Of a DNA stretch of 64,000 bases, positions 48,083 to 57,129 are shown piece after piece. Made by a program: the position numbers and the translations under genes. Every line of letters begins with the position of its first letter. Position 1 is the stretch's first letter. The notes under the pieces were generated by a model. It worked only from the letters and a program-made list of their open reading frames with translations, made no database searches and was not told the origin of the DNA. The stretch is taken from the IMG/VR virus record IMGVR_UViG_3300030380_006483. One strand, 5' to 3'. The stretch comes from a virus.

Positions 48083-49437
48083 TAAAATTAATTATATTTG
48101 ATCTAGATGGAGTTTTAGTTGAAGCTAAAAATATCCATTACGAAGCGCTTAATAAAGCATTAGGTGATTATGCTATTAGTTGGAATGAACATCTGTCAAC
48201 TTATGATGGATTAAAAACAGTTCAAAAACTAAATATGTTGACTAAACAAAAAGGTTTACCAACTAAAGAACATAATCGTATTTGGGAAGATAAACAAAAA
48301 AATACTTTAGATATGTTAAGCGATTTAGAAATAAATCCTAGTTTACTTTATACAATATCTAAACTATCAGATGAGGGATATAAAATAGTATGTTGTTCTA
48401 ATTCTATAAGAAAAACGGTATTAACTGTACTTGCTAAATTAGGTTTAATTGAATATATGGATTTAATTTTATCTAATGAAGACGTTGATAATAGTAAACC
48501 ACATCCTGAAATGTATTGGAATGCAATTTCAAAGATGAAATGTTTACCAGAGGAAACTTTAATTATTGAAGATTCCCCTTATGGGTTACTTGCGGCAGCA
48601 AGAAGTAAGTCGTATATTTTACGAGTAAAAAATCCACAAGAAGTAACTTACGAAAATATTATAAATAAAATAAATAAAGTACAAATGGGAGATAAACAAA
48701 CAACTCCAGCTTGGAGAGATGAAACATTAAATGTATTAATACCAATGGCGGGTGCCGGTTCTAGATTTGAGAAAGCTGGCTATACATTTCCAAAACCTCT
48801 TATTGAGGTAAGAAAAAAACCAATGATACAAGTGGTAGTAGAAAATTTAAATATAAAAGCTAATTATATCTATGTAGTACAAAAACAACATAGAGAAAAA
48901 TATAACTTAGATGCTTTATTATCATTAATTACTCCCGGTTGTAAAATAGTTGAAACAGAAGGTATGACAGAAGGAGCTGCCTGTACAGCACTATTAGCCA
49001 AAGAATATATTAATTCAAATTCACCCTTGTTTTTTGCTAATTCAGATCAATTTGTAGAATGGGATTCAAATGAATTTTTATATAAAATGAATGAAACAAA
49101 CGCTGATGGTGGTATTGTAACATTTGAAGCAACACATCCTAAATGGTCGTTTGCTAAAGTAAATGAACAAGGTTTAGTAACTGAAGTAGCAGAAAAAAAT
49201 CCTATATCCAATATAGCAACTATAGGTTTTTATTATTGGAAAAATGGTAGTGATTTTGTTAAGTATGCAGAACAAATGATAAATAAAAATATTCGCGTAA
49301 ATAACGAATTTTACGTATGTCCAGTATTTAATGAAGCTATCGAAGATGGAAAAGCGATAAGGACTTTTGATGTTAAAGAAATGTGGGGATTAGGTACACC
49401 TGAAGATTTAAATTATTATTTAGAAAATTATAAATAA
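48079..49437 (+). CDS. HAD phosphatase fused to sugar-phosphate nucleotidyltransferase
   Basis: N: FDLDGVL, KPHPE, IEDSPYG; C: IPMAGAGSRF..YTFPKPLI, TEGAACT, NSDQ, NNEFYV.PV, WGLGTPEDL. Confidence 0.88.
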   Translation: MIKLIIFDLDGVLVEAKNIHYEALNKALGDYAISWNEHLSTYDGLKTVQKLNMLTKQKGLPTKEHNRIWEDKQKNTLDMLSDLEINPSLLYTISKLSDEGYKIVCCSNSIRKTVLTVLAKLGLIEYMDLILSNEDVDNSKPHPEMYWNAISKMKCLPEETLIIEDSPYGLLAAARSKSYILRVKNPQEVTYENIINKINKVQMGDKQTTPAWRDETLNVLIPMAGAGSRFEKAGYTFPKPLIEVRKKPMIQVVVENLNIKANYIYVVQKQHREKYNLDALLSLITPGCKIVETEGMTEGAACTALLAKEYINSNSPLFFANSDQFVEWDSNEFLYKMNETNADGGIVTFEATHPKWSFAKVNEQGLVTEVAEKNPISNIATIGFYYWKNGSDFVKYAEQMINKNIRVNNEFYVCPVFNEAIEDGKAIRTFDVKEMWGLGTPEDLNYYLENYK

Positions 49438-49449
49438 TTAATAAAAATT

Positions 49450-50190
49450 ATGGATAAGAAGATAAAAATAGCAATATGTTTATCGGGGGAACCAAGAAAT
49501 ACTATGGCTAGTTTTCCTTATATTTATGAAAATTTTTTAAACTTAGATCCTAATTTATATCAAATAGATACTTATTCTTATAGTTTTAATAGCTTTAGAG
49601 CATTACCAATGTATAATTTTAAAAAACATATTATTGATACTGAAGCAGAAGCCGATGTATTTAATAAATGGTTTTTTCCTATTGAAAAAAAATTCACCCC
49701 AGAATGCTTGAATCAAATAGTTAATACTTCTAATAGAGTAATAACTAACCAGAGTATGATACAAAATATATTTTTAATGTGGTATAATATAAAAAATTGT
49801 TGGGATTTAATTCAAGAAAAGTATGATATATATATTAGATTAAGATATGATTTAGTATTCCCACATCCTATCCCTACAGAATATTTTATTCAACAAATAT
49901 TAAATAATAAAACAGATATAATCATACCAGGGGATGAAATAGAATACTCTAATAAATTTTGTGATTTTTTAGCTATAGGAAATTATAAAAGTATGTCTTA
50001 TTATTCTAATATGATAAATAATTTATTAAATTTAATGAATAAATATAATAATTTTTATCCTGAATATTTGCTCCAAAAACATTTAAATTCTTATGGTGAT
50101 TTAAAAATTAATTTATATCCTTTTTCTTTAAGTATTTTAAGAAAAAGTTATATCCATGCTTTTCCGAAATTTAATTTTTTAAATGAATAA
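49450..50190 (+). CDS. putative glycosyltransferase, ALCLSGEPR family, paralog 3
   Basis: KIAICLSGEPR, YDIYIRLRYD, CDFLAIG, YPE. Confidence 0.6.
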   Translation: MDKKIKIAICLSGEPRNTMASFPYIYENFLNLDPNLYQIDTYSYSFNSFRALPMYNFKKHIIDTEAEADVFNKWFFPIEKKFTPECLNQIVNTSNRVITNQSMIQNIFLMWYNIKNCWDLIQEKYDIYIRLRYDLVFPHPIPTEYFIQQILNNKTDIIIPGDEIEYSNKFCDFLAIGNYKSMSYYSNMINNLLNLMNKYNNFYPEYLLQKHLNSYGDLKINLYPFSLSILRKSYIHAFPKFNFLNE

Positions 50191-50639
50191 TGATTTTAAT
50201 ATCCCATAGAGGCAATATCAATGGTAAAAAACCTAAATACGAAAACAAACCAGAATATATTTGGGAAGCTTTACGTAAAGGATATCATTGTGAAATTGAT
50301 GTTTGGTTTATAGAAGGTAAATTCAAATTAGGACATGATGGTCCTACATATGATTTCCCACATGAATTAATAGAATACCATCATAAAAGGTTATGGCTTC
50401 ATTGTAAAAATTTGGAAGCTATAACTCAATTTAATACATTGGATAATATTGGATCCAAATTTAATTATTTTTGGCACCAAAAAGATGATGTAACATTAAC
50501 ATCACAAGGTTACATTTGGGCTTACCCAGGTAAACAACCATTAAAAAATAGTATAGCCGTACTACCAGAAATAAATGATGATGATGTATCTAAATGTAGT
50601 GGAATTTGTAGTGATATTATAGAAAAATATAAAATATGA
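50190..50639 (+). CDS. GDPD/PI-PLC-like phosphodiesterase
   Basis: ISHRGN, EIDVW, LGHD, LWLHCKN, FWHQ.DD, GICSD. Confidence 0.78.
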   Translation: MILISHRGNINGKKPKYENKPEYIWEALRKGYHCEIDVWFIEGKFKLGHDGPTYDFPHELIEYHHKRLWLHCKNLEAITQFNTLDNIGSKFNYFWHQKDDVTLTSQGYIWAYPGKQPLKNSIAVLPEINDDDVSKCSGICSDIIEKYKI

Positions 50640-51238
50640 AAACTTTAGAACTTTTCCCTACTTTAATAGACATAGATGTATTAGATAATATTCCTGATGA
50701 TTATATAAAACAATGTAAAAATATAATTTTAGATGAGAAAAGACTAGGATATGCTTCAGACAGTGTAACTTCAGACCAGTATATATTAGATAGATTCCCT
50801 CCTTTAAAAGATGTAATTACAAAATATATTAACCAATACGTTGCAAAACTTTCACATACACTCGTTAATTATAAAATTAGTTCTTCTTGGGGATATGTAA
50901 CTAGATTTAATAATGCAAAAGAAAATTTGCACCATCATAATAATAGTAATATAAGTGGTGTATTTTATTTAACTAAAGGGGCTTCCATAGCATTTTCAAA
51001 TAATTTTTTAAATGATAAATTTCCATTTAAAACAGGTTTAACATTCAAAACTTTAGATAATAGGCCTAATGGAGTAATAGAATTAGAAATTAAAGAAAAA
51101 CAGTTAATTATATTTCCTTCTTATCTTCCCCATTGTGTATTAGAAAATAAAGATGATTCTTATAGAGTTTCTATAGCTTTTAACTCTATTCCTTCGGGGG
51201 AATTTGGAGACATAACTAGTAAATTAAATATAAAATGA
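50636..51238 (+). CDS. putative 2OG-Fe(II) oxygenase (TIGR02466-like)
   Basis: SSWG, HHHNNSNISGVFYL, IIFPSYLPHCV..N, RVSIAFN. Confidence 0.82.
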   Translation: MKTLELFPTLIDIDVLDNIPDDYIKQCKNIILDEKRLGYASDSVTSDQYILDRFPPLKDVITKYINQYVAKLSHTLVNYKISSSWGYVTRFNNAKENLHHHNNSNISGVFYLTKGASIAFSNNFLNDKFPFKTGLTFKTLDNRPNGVIELEIKEKQLIIFPSYLPHCVLENKDDSYRVSIAFNSIPSGEFGDITSKLNIK

Positions 51239-52110
51239 AATTAAGTGCAGTAGTAGTAACAAGAAATGATGATTATGGTGGCAATTTAAATGATAGAGCT
51301 ATTTATTGTTTAAATTCATTAGTAAATACTTTTGATGAAATAATATTAGTTGATTGGAATTCACCTGATAATAAGCCACAATTATGGGATATTCAAGATA
51401 GAATAGATTTTAAAGGTAATTTAAAACATATAGTAATTACTCCTGAAATAGCTTCTATGTTAACCAATAATGATCCACACGCTCAAGTGTGTTGTGAAAC
51501 ATTAGCTCGTAATATAGGAATTAGAAGAGCTACTGGAGATTATATTGTATCAACTAATATAGATGTAATTGCACCACGCAGGGATCAGTTAGAACAAACG
51601 ATTAAAAACGAGTTAAACGATAACACATTTTATACTATATCTAGAAGATATACCGATTGGGAACAAATTGAAAAATTTCACGGTGGGGAAAGAAAATATA
51701 GTGATTGGGAATCCCTTAGAGAGCATTTAATTGAAAACAGTGAAGAAAGAACAACTGGTGAATCAGTAGTTGAAGGTGATAATTATAGTATTATAAATTG
51801 TTGTGGTGATTTTCAATTAGCACATAGAAACATTTGGCATGAAATACGTGGATTTGAGGAAGAACTTATTTATGTTTTATATAGTGATACAAATGTTCAA
51901 AAGAAGGCTATTATACATGGATTTGAATTAAAAGCCATTTACTCACCAGCTTTATTCCATATATTCCATGGTAAAGGAGGGGGTGGATTTTTAGATGGTA
52001 TTAATAGAAAAGTAAATGACATGTATAGGGCAGTTACAGCTCAAGAAAAAACTGAAAATGCTGATACATGGGGGTTTGAACCTATTGAAATGGAGTATGA
52101 ATTACTCTAA
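51235..52110 (+). CDS. GT-A glycosyltransferase (GT2-like)
   Basis: TRNDDYG, ILVDWNS, ARNIGIRRA.GDYIVSTNID, GDFQL, GFEE. Confidence 0.78.
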   Translation: MKLSAVVVTRNDDYGGNLNDRAIYCLNSLVNTFDEIILVDWNSPDNKPQLWDIQDRIDFKGNLKHIVITPEIASMLTNNDPHAQVCCETLARNIGIRRATGDYIVSTNIDVIAPRRDQLEQTIKNELNDNTFYTISRRYTDWEQIEKFHGGERKYSDWESLREHLIENSEERTTGESVVEGDNYSIINCCGDFQLAHRNIWHEIRGFEEELIYVLYSDTNVQKKAIIHGFELKAIYSPALFHIFHGKGGGGFLDGINRKVNDMYRAVTAQEKTENADTWGFEPIEMEYELL

Positions 52111-52131
52111 TATTTATAATAAATTATTCTA

Positions 52132-52563
52132 ATGGAAAAAGTAAAATTAACAGATATTTTAGAAGGAGATTACTCAAAAAATGTCAATTACACTGACGAT
52201 ACAGCTATGTACGATCCTTTACATGAAGATGGTGATGATCAACAAGGAATGTTAAAGTATACTACTACTATAGATGGTAGAAAATATAAAGTTAACTTTG
52301 ATGTAAATAAAAACCCAACTAAAAAAGGAATTAAAGTTAAATTTTTCCCGTTAGATGATAGTGGAATCGAAATACCAAACCCTTCACCTGAACAATTAGC
52401 TCAACTCCAAAATGATGTTGCTACAAAGTTAGCACCAAAGTTTAACGACTTCAGATTAGAATTTGATGAAGATGAAGATGCTCCTGAAAAAAATGTAGCT
52501 GCTTTCCAAGTACCCCTATCTTCATTTGTCTCATTTGTAGCAAATGTAGTATTTAAAAAATAA
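52132..52563 (+). CDS. hypothetical protein
   Basis: 143-aa acidic ORF after ATATTTAT at 52110. Confidence 0.65.
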   Translation: MEKVKLTDILEGDYSKNVNYTDDTAMYDPLHEDGDDQQGMLKYTTTIDGRKYKVNFDVNKNPTKKGIKVKFFPLDDSGIEIPNPSPEQLAQLQNDVATKLAPKFNDFRLEFDEDEDAPEKNVAAFQVPLSSFVSFVANVVFKK

Positions 52564-52916
52564 TGGGTAAAAGAAAATTACTAAATTTAAAAGTTATAGG
52601 ACATTCTCCTAAATTATTAAACGAATTTATTAACGATAACAAATCTAATATCTTCAAAGAAACGTTTAGTGGTATTAAACATGCTATTAGACAAAATAAA
52701 GATACAGCTGAAATATGTAGTGTTAACACTGATATTGCTATAGCAACTATAGCTAAAAAAGACTGGGAAAATGCTCTTAGCTCATCCCTAGGTTATTTTG
52801 AATCAATGGATCAATATGAAATGTGTGGAGATATAAATTATACACTTAAACTGTTACGCAATGCCAGATCCACTAAACAACCTAAAACAATCTCTGGATC
52901 AGCTACTACAAGCTGA
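52563..52916 (+). CDS. hypothetical protein
   Basis: 117 aa; C-terminal YFESMDQYEMC helix. Confidence 0.65.
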   Translation: MGKRKLLNLKVIGHSPKLLNEFINDNKSNIFKETFSGIKHAIRQNKDTAEICSVNTDIAIATIAKKDWENALSSSLGYFESMDQYEMCGDINYTLKLLRNARSTKQPKTISGSATTS

Positions 52917-53280
52917 TACTTCGATAAAGAGGAAAAATAGAAAAATTTACGACCAAAAGAAGGAATTATTTATTAATTTAATAAATCAATTTGAAACTTC
53001 TATTACAAGATCTTATTTAATGGAAAAAGATTTTAAAGTAGATTTATCTAAATATGAAGAAAATTTTTATCAAGTAATTGATTCTTTAATTTTACTTGCT
53101 TTTGGTAAACAAATATATGAAATACTTTCATTTTATTTTTATGATAGATATAACCCAGATGGAACAAAAAATTCAATTGTAATTCAAGAAACAGATGAAG
53201 AAGTTCAATTAGATAATGTAGAAGATCTTTGGGATATAGTAGTAAGTATTAACCCAGATATATTCAATGAAAAAAGGTAG
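52861..53280 (+). CDS. hypothetical protein
   Basis: 139-aa ORF tiled in operon. Confidence 0.65.
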   Translation: MPDPLNNLKQSLDQLLQADTSIKRKNRKIYDQKKELFINLINQFETSITRSYLMEKDFKVDLSKYEENFYQVIDSLILLAFGKQIYEILSFYFYDRYNPDGTKNSIVIQETDEEVQLDNVEDLWDIVVSINPDIFNEKR

Positions 53281-53899
53281 ACCCGCAAAAATAATAACTA
53301 AGGAGCAATTATTAAATGCTCAAAAAATGACTAAATCTAATATGAGTGCGGCTCGTTTTTTAGGTATTAGTTATGAGCATTATAAACGTTATGCTAAAAG
53401 TTATTTTGATAAAGAAACAGGTAAAACCCTATTTGACAAACATCTTAACCCAATGGGTAAAGGTATTAGAAAACATTTAGGTGGTAAAGATCCTGATTTA
53501 AAATCATTAATGAATGGAGAATTATTTGTTAAATCTTATAATTTGAATAAGTATAAAGATAGATTAATACAAGAAGGATATATAGAAGAAAAATGTAATA
53601 GTTGTGGGTTTAATGAGCAACGTGTAAATGATTATAAAGCTCCACTTTTAGTTCATTTTAAGGATAAAAATAAAATGAATTGGAAAATAGAAAACTTAGA
53701 ATTATTATGTTATAACTGTTATTTTTTGTATATTGGGGATGTATTTAACGAAAAACAGGTGAAACATATAGAAGAAGATGCCCCTGTTACAAAGAATGAT
53801 CAAGTAGATTGGGAAATGGATGAGAATATGTTACAACATTTTAAAGATATTGGATTAGTAAATAATGATGAAGAAGATGATTTTATTGCGCGTATATAA
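53267..53899 (+). CDS. HTH + HNH-like Zn-binding protein
   Basis: SAARFLGISY helix-turn-helix; CxxC..VHFKD..N..ENLELLCYNC. Confidence 0.65.
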   Translation: MKKGRPAKIITKEQLLNAQKMTKSNMSAARFLGISYEHYKRYAKSYFDKETGKTLFDKHLNPMGKGIRKHLGGKDPDLKSLMNGELFVKSYNLNKYKDRLIQEGYIEEKCNSCGFNEQRVNDYKAPLLVHFKDKNKMNWKIENLELLCYNCYFLYIGDVFNEKQVKHIEEDAPVTKNDQVDWEMDENMLQHFKDIGLVNNDEEDDFIARI

Positions 53900-53965
53900 T
53901 ATATTTATCAAAAAAACGATTATAGGAAGGGTTATGTTAATGTTTAATTTTAAATTCATGCTTAC

Positions 53966-56482
53966 ATGAGAAATTTACTTAGCTTACTGCTTGTATTAGT
54001 AGTAGGTAGTATGGGCTTTGCCCAAGAAACAGATGTGGATGAGAAAGAAATCTTAGTCACAAATCTTGAAGAAGTAACAGTATCTTCAGGTGTAATTGAT
54101 GTCGCTGTAGAAAGAAAGACACCAATTGCCTTAAGTATAATTACTTCTCAAGAAGTCCAACTTAAAGTTGGTAACCTAGAATTTCCAGAGATCATGAACA
54201 AAACACCTGGTGTTTATGCTACAAAACAAGGTGGTGGGTATGGTGATAGCCGTATTTCATTACGTGGTTTTGATCAGCGAAACACTTCATTCCTAATTAA
54301 CGGTCAACCTGTTAATGATATGGAAAATGGATGGGTGTATTGGTCAAACTGGGCTGGATTAACTGATGTTGCATCAGGAATTCAAATTCAAAGAGGATTA
54401 GGTGCCTCAAAACTAGCAGTTCCCTCAGTAGGTGGAACTGTATCAATTTTTACTAAAAGTGCTGAAAAAGCAAGAGGTGGATCCTTTACTCAATTAATGG
54501 GTAATGATGGTTATTCTAAATCCACTATTGCTTATAACACTGGTGTAAATGATAATGGATGGGCTACTTCATTCTTATTAACTAAATGGCAAGGTGATGG
54601 ATATATTTACAACACCAGCGGAGAGGGTTTAACATACTTCGCAGCATTAGGATACTCACCAGAAGGTTCAGCACATAGTTTGAACCTTTCTCTTTTAGGT
54701 GCTGGACAATGGCATCATCAAAGAGACGTTTGGGTTTCTATTAGGGATTATCAAAACTTCGGAGAAGAAGGAATTGATCCAAGATGGAATTCAAATGGTG
54801 GTACATTAGATGGAGAAGAATTCTCAATGAGAAGAAACTTCTATAACAAACCATTAGCTACTTTAAACTGGGATTGGGAAATTAATTCTAATATAGAATT
54901 AAATACATCTCTATACGGTTCAGCTGGTAGAGGTGGTGGTACAGGTCCAAGAGGTAGAAATTACTACAACTCGGAAACTGATATTTTACCATTTAGAAAG
55001 GATTTAACTGAACACTACCTAGAAAATGGTAGAGGTTCAAGAGATGCTAATGGATTTATTGATTACAATGCTTTAATAGATTATAATCAAGCAAACACAA
55101 ATGCATATACAGGTGATATTTCTAGATACCAAGGTCTAAAATTAGGATCTAATGGATTTAGAGATGATGGTGTAAATAGAGCTGCTTTAATTAGAAGAGC
55201 TTCTATGAACTCACATGACTGGGTAGGTGCTATTTCAAACCTTAATATTACTAAAGGTAAAATGAAATACTCTCTAGGAGTTGATCTTAGAAACTATACA
55301 GGATATCACTATAGAGCTTTAAATAACCTAATGGGATTAGATGGATACTACTCAACTGGAAATAAAAATTCAGCTGGACAAGTTATTGAATCTACTATTG
55401 AAGCATCCCCATTCAAAGATACTGGAATTAGAGGTCCTAAAATTGACTACTACAACGTAGGTAAAGTAGGATGGCAAGGTTTAAACTCATTAATTGAATA
55501 TAGTGGTGATAAAGTTACTGCTGTATTACAAATGGGTACTTCAAATCAATCATTCCAAAGAATAGATTATTTTGACCAACCAGGTAATTTTGAATCAGAA
55601 ACTAAAAACATAACTGGTGGTTATGTTAAAGGTGGTGCTAACTGGAACTTTAATGATTATTCAAATGCATTCTTTAACGTAGGTATTATTGATAGACAAC
55701 CAAATTTTGATGGTGTATTCCCTAACTACGCTAACGCTATTAACCCAGATTTACAAAATGAAGAAATTCGTTCAGTAGAATTAGGATATGGTTTTAGAAA
55801 AGGTGCTTGGAAATTAAACGTTAACTTATACTCTACAACATGGGGTAACAGATTCGTTACAAGAAGTTTATCTAACCAACAAGGTGTAGATGGATTTGCT
55901 CAATTCAAAGACATAGATGTACTACATAATGGTTTAGAGATAGAAGGTCAATGGAGACCTACTATGGCTACTAAAATTAGAGGTATGCTTTCAATCGGTG
56001 ATTGGAGATATACTAAAGATTTTGAAGCAGCATTATTTGATGATACTCAAACTCAAATCGGTACAGGTACATTATACCTAAAAGATGCTAAAGTAGGTGA
56101 TGCAGCACAATTTGTTGCTTACTTAGGTTTAGATCAAAAATTAGGTAAAAAATTAAACTTTGATGTTGATTACAGATTTGTAGATGGCTTATACGCTGAT
56201 TATTCAATTACTGATTCTGAATTTACAACTGCAGGGAACAAAGGTGCCTTAAAACTACCATCTTATGGTTTAGTTGATATGGGTGCTACTTGGTACTTAG
56301 GTAATAAATTAAGTCTAAGAGTAAATGTTAATAACGTATTTGATGCTTTATACATTGCTGAATCAAATAGTAACATCCACACATCTGCGGATTCAGTTAC
56401 TTGGAACGGAATTGATAATAGAAACTCAGTTTGGTTCGGATTTGGTAGAACTTGGAATGCTAGTTTAAAATATAGGTTTTAA
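53966..56482 (+). CDS. TonB-dependent outer-membrane receptor
   Basis: Signal peptide, LEEVTVSS TonB-box-like, plug (PGVY..ISLRGF..LINGQP..IQIQRG..GGTVSI), amphipathic beta-strands, C-terminal ASLKYRF. Confidence 0.93.
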   Translation: MRNLLSLLLVLVVGSMGFAQETDVDEKEILVTNLEEVTVSSGVIDVAVERKTPIALSIITSQEVQLKVGNLEFPEIMNKTPGVYATKQGGGYGDSRISLRGFDQRNTSFLINGQPVNDMENGWVYWSNWAGLTDVASGIQIQRGLGASKLAVPSVGGTVSIFTKSAEKARGGSFTQLMGNDGYSKSTIAYNTGVNDNGWATSFLLTKWQGDGYIYNTSGEGLTYFAALGYSPEGSAHSLNLSLLGAGQWHHQRDVWVSIRDYQNFGEEGIDPRWNSNGGTLDGEEFSMRRNFYNKPLATLNWDWEINSNIELNTSLYGSAGRGGGTGPRGRNYYNSETDILPFRKDLTEHYLENGRGSRDANGFIDYNALIDYNQANTNAYTGDISRYQGLKLGSNGFRDDGVNRAALIRRASMNSHDWVGAISNLNITKGKMKYSLGVDLRNYTGYHYRALNNLMGLDGYYSTGNKNSAGQVIESTIEASPFKDTGIRGPKIDYYNVGKVGWQGLNSLIEYSGDKVTAVLQMGTSNQSFQRIDYFDQPGNFESETKNITGGYVKGGANWNFNDYSNAFFNVGIIDRQPNFDGVFPNYANAINPDLQNEEIRSVELGYGFRKGAWKLNVNLYSTTWGNRFVTRSLSNQQGVDGFAQFKDIDVLHNGLEIEGQWRPTMATKIRGMLSIGDWRYTKDFEAALFDDTQTQIGTGTLYLKDAKVGDAAQFVAYLGLDQKLGKKLNFDVDYRFVDGLYADYSITDSEFTTAGNKGALKLPSYGLVDMGATWYLGNKLSLRVNVNNVFDALYIAESNSNIHTSADSVTWNGIDNRNSVWFGFGRTWNASLKYRF

Positions 56483-56507
56483 TTTAGTAAATTCCTGGTA
56501 ATATAAT

Positions 56508-56535
56508 AATGGGTGGCTTTGCCACCCATTTTTTA
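56508..56535 (+). terminator. intrinsic terminator after TonB receptor
   Basis: AATGGGTGGC-TTT-GCCACCCATT + TTTT. Confidence 0.92.
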
Positions 56536-56547
56536 TTTATTACTGAT

Positions 56548-56667
56548 ATGAAAAAAGGATTTTTTGTAGATAATTTTGTTTTATTTGTTCTAGTAATTAC
56601 CTTAACAGTTATGAGTGTAGCAATAGCAACACAACCAGGTGGGATGGATTTCCCATTTATAGGTTAA
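56548..56667 (+). CDS. small membrane peptide (39 aa)
   Basis: Read manually: MKKGFFVDNFVLFVLVITLTVMSVAIATQPGGMDFPFIG*. Confidence 0.55.
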   Translation: MKKGFFVDNFVLFVLVITLTVMSVAIATQPGGMDFPFIG

Positions 56668-56750
56668 ATTAAACTCATCATAAACCCTAAAACAAGAATC
56701 ATAATCAATTGTAACATTCTAATATTGAATTTTATTTTTTTAGTCATCAT
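56664..56750 (-). CDS. small hydrophobic peptide (28 aa), minus strand
   Basis: MMTKKIKFNIRMLQLIMILVLGFMMSLI*; ATATTTAT on minus strand at 56753-56760; stop overlaps the stop of the + peptide. Confidence 0.4.
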   Translation of the reverse strand: MMTKKIKFNIRMLQLIMILVLGFMMSLI

Positions 56751-56810
56751 CCATAAATATGTTAGTAATAATTTAGTCATATGACGCTTTAAAGGTTTCT
56801 GCGAGAAAAT

Positions 56811-56844
56811 TTGGCTACCCCGGCTATCTGTCGTATATTTACGG
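56811..56844 (+). promoter_or_regulatory. phage promoter TTGG-N16-TCGTATATTTACGG, copy 2
   Basis: Exact motif and spacing repeat. Confidence 0.8.
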
Positions 56845-56867
56845 AGTAAATAAATAAAATCGTAAGT

Positions 56868-57104
56868 ATGAGAAATTTAATCCAAGATTGTAAAAAAGAG
56901 TTGCATGAATATTATACAACTGAATTATTAAACAAATTAAATAATAAACAAGTATTTCAATTACATGATTATCATTTTGATTCTGTTTGTAATTTACAAC
57001 CTGATCAAATGATCTGTGATGAAAATGAGTTTGAAAGATTTTTAAATGATCTCGTTTGTGAGTATTCAGTTATAAGATTTTACAAACCTAGCTTGTCTGC
57101 ATAA
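56868..57104 (+). CDS. hypothetical (probable early) protein
   Basis: 78-aa ORF directly after promoter copy 2. Confidence 0.7.
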   Translation: MRNLIQDCKKELHEYYTTELLNKLNNKQVFQLHDYHFDSVCNLQPDQMICDENEFERFLNDLVCEYSVIRFYKPSLSA

Positions 57105-57129
57105 GACAAGAAAGTAATGCACCGGAGAT

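Noticed and set aside
31462-52110. Bacterial chromosomal O-antigen/capsule locus (host contamination)
   Set aside because: Continuous coupling with T4-like clamp-loader and phage hypothetical genes, the same intergenic motifs, and no wzx/wzy/wzz
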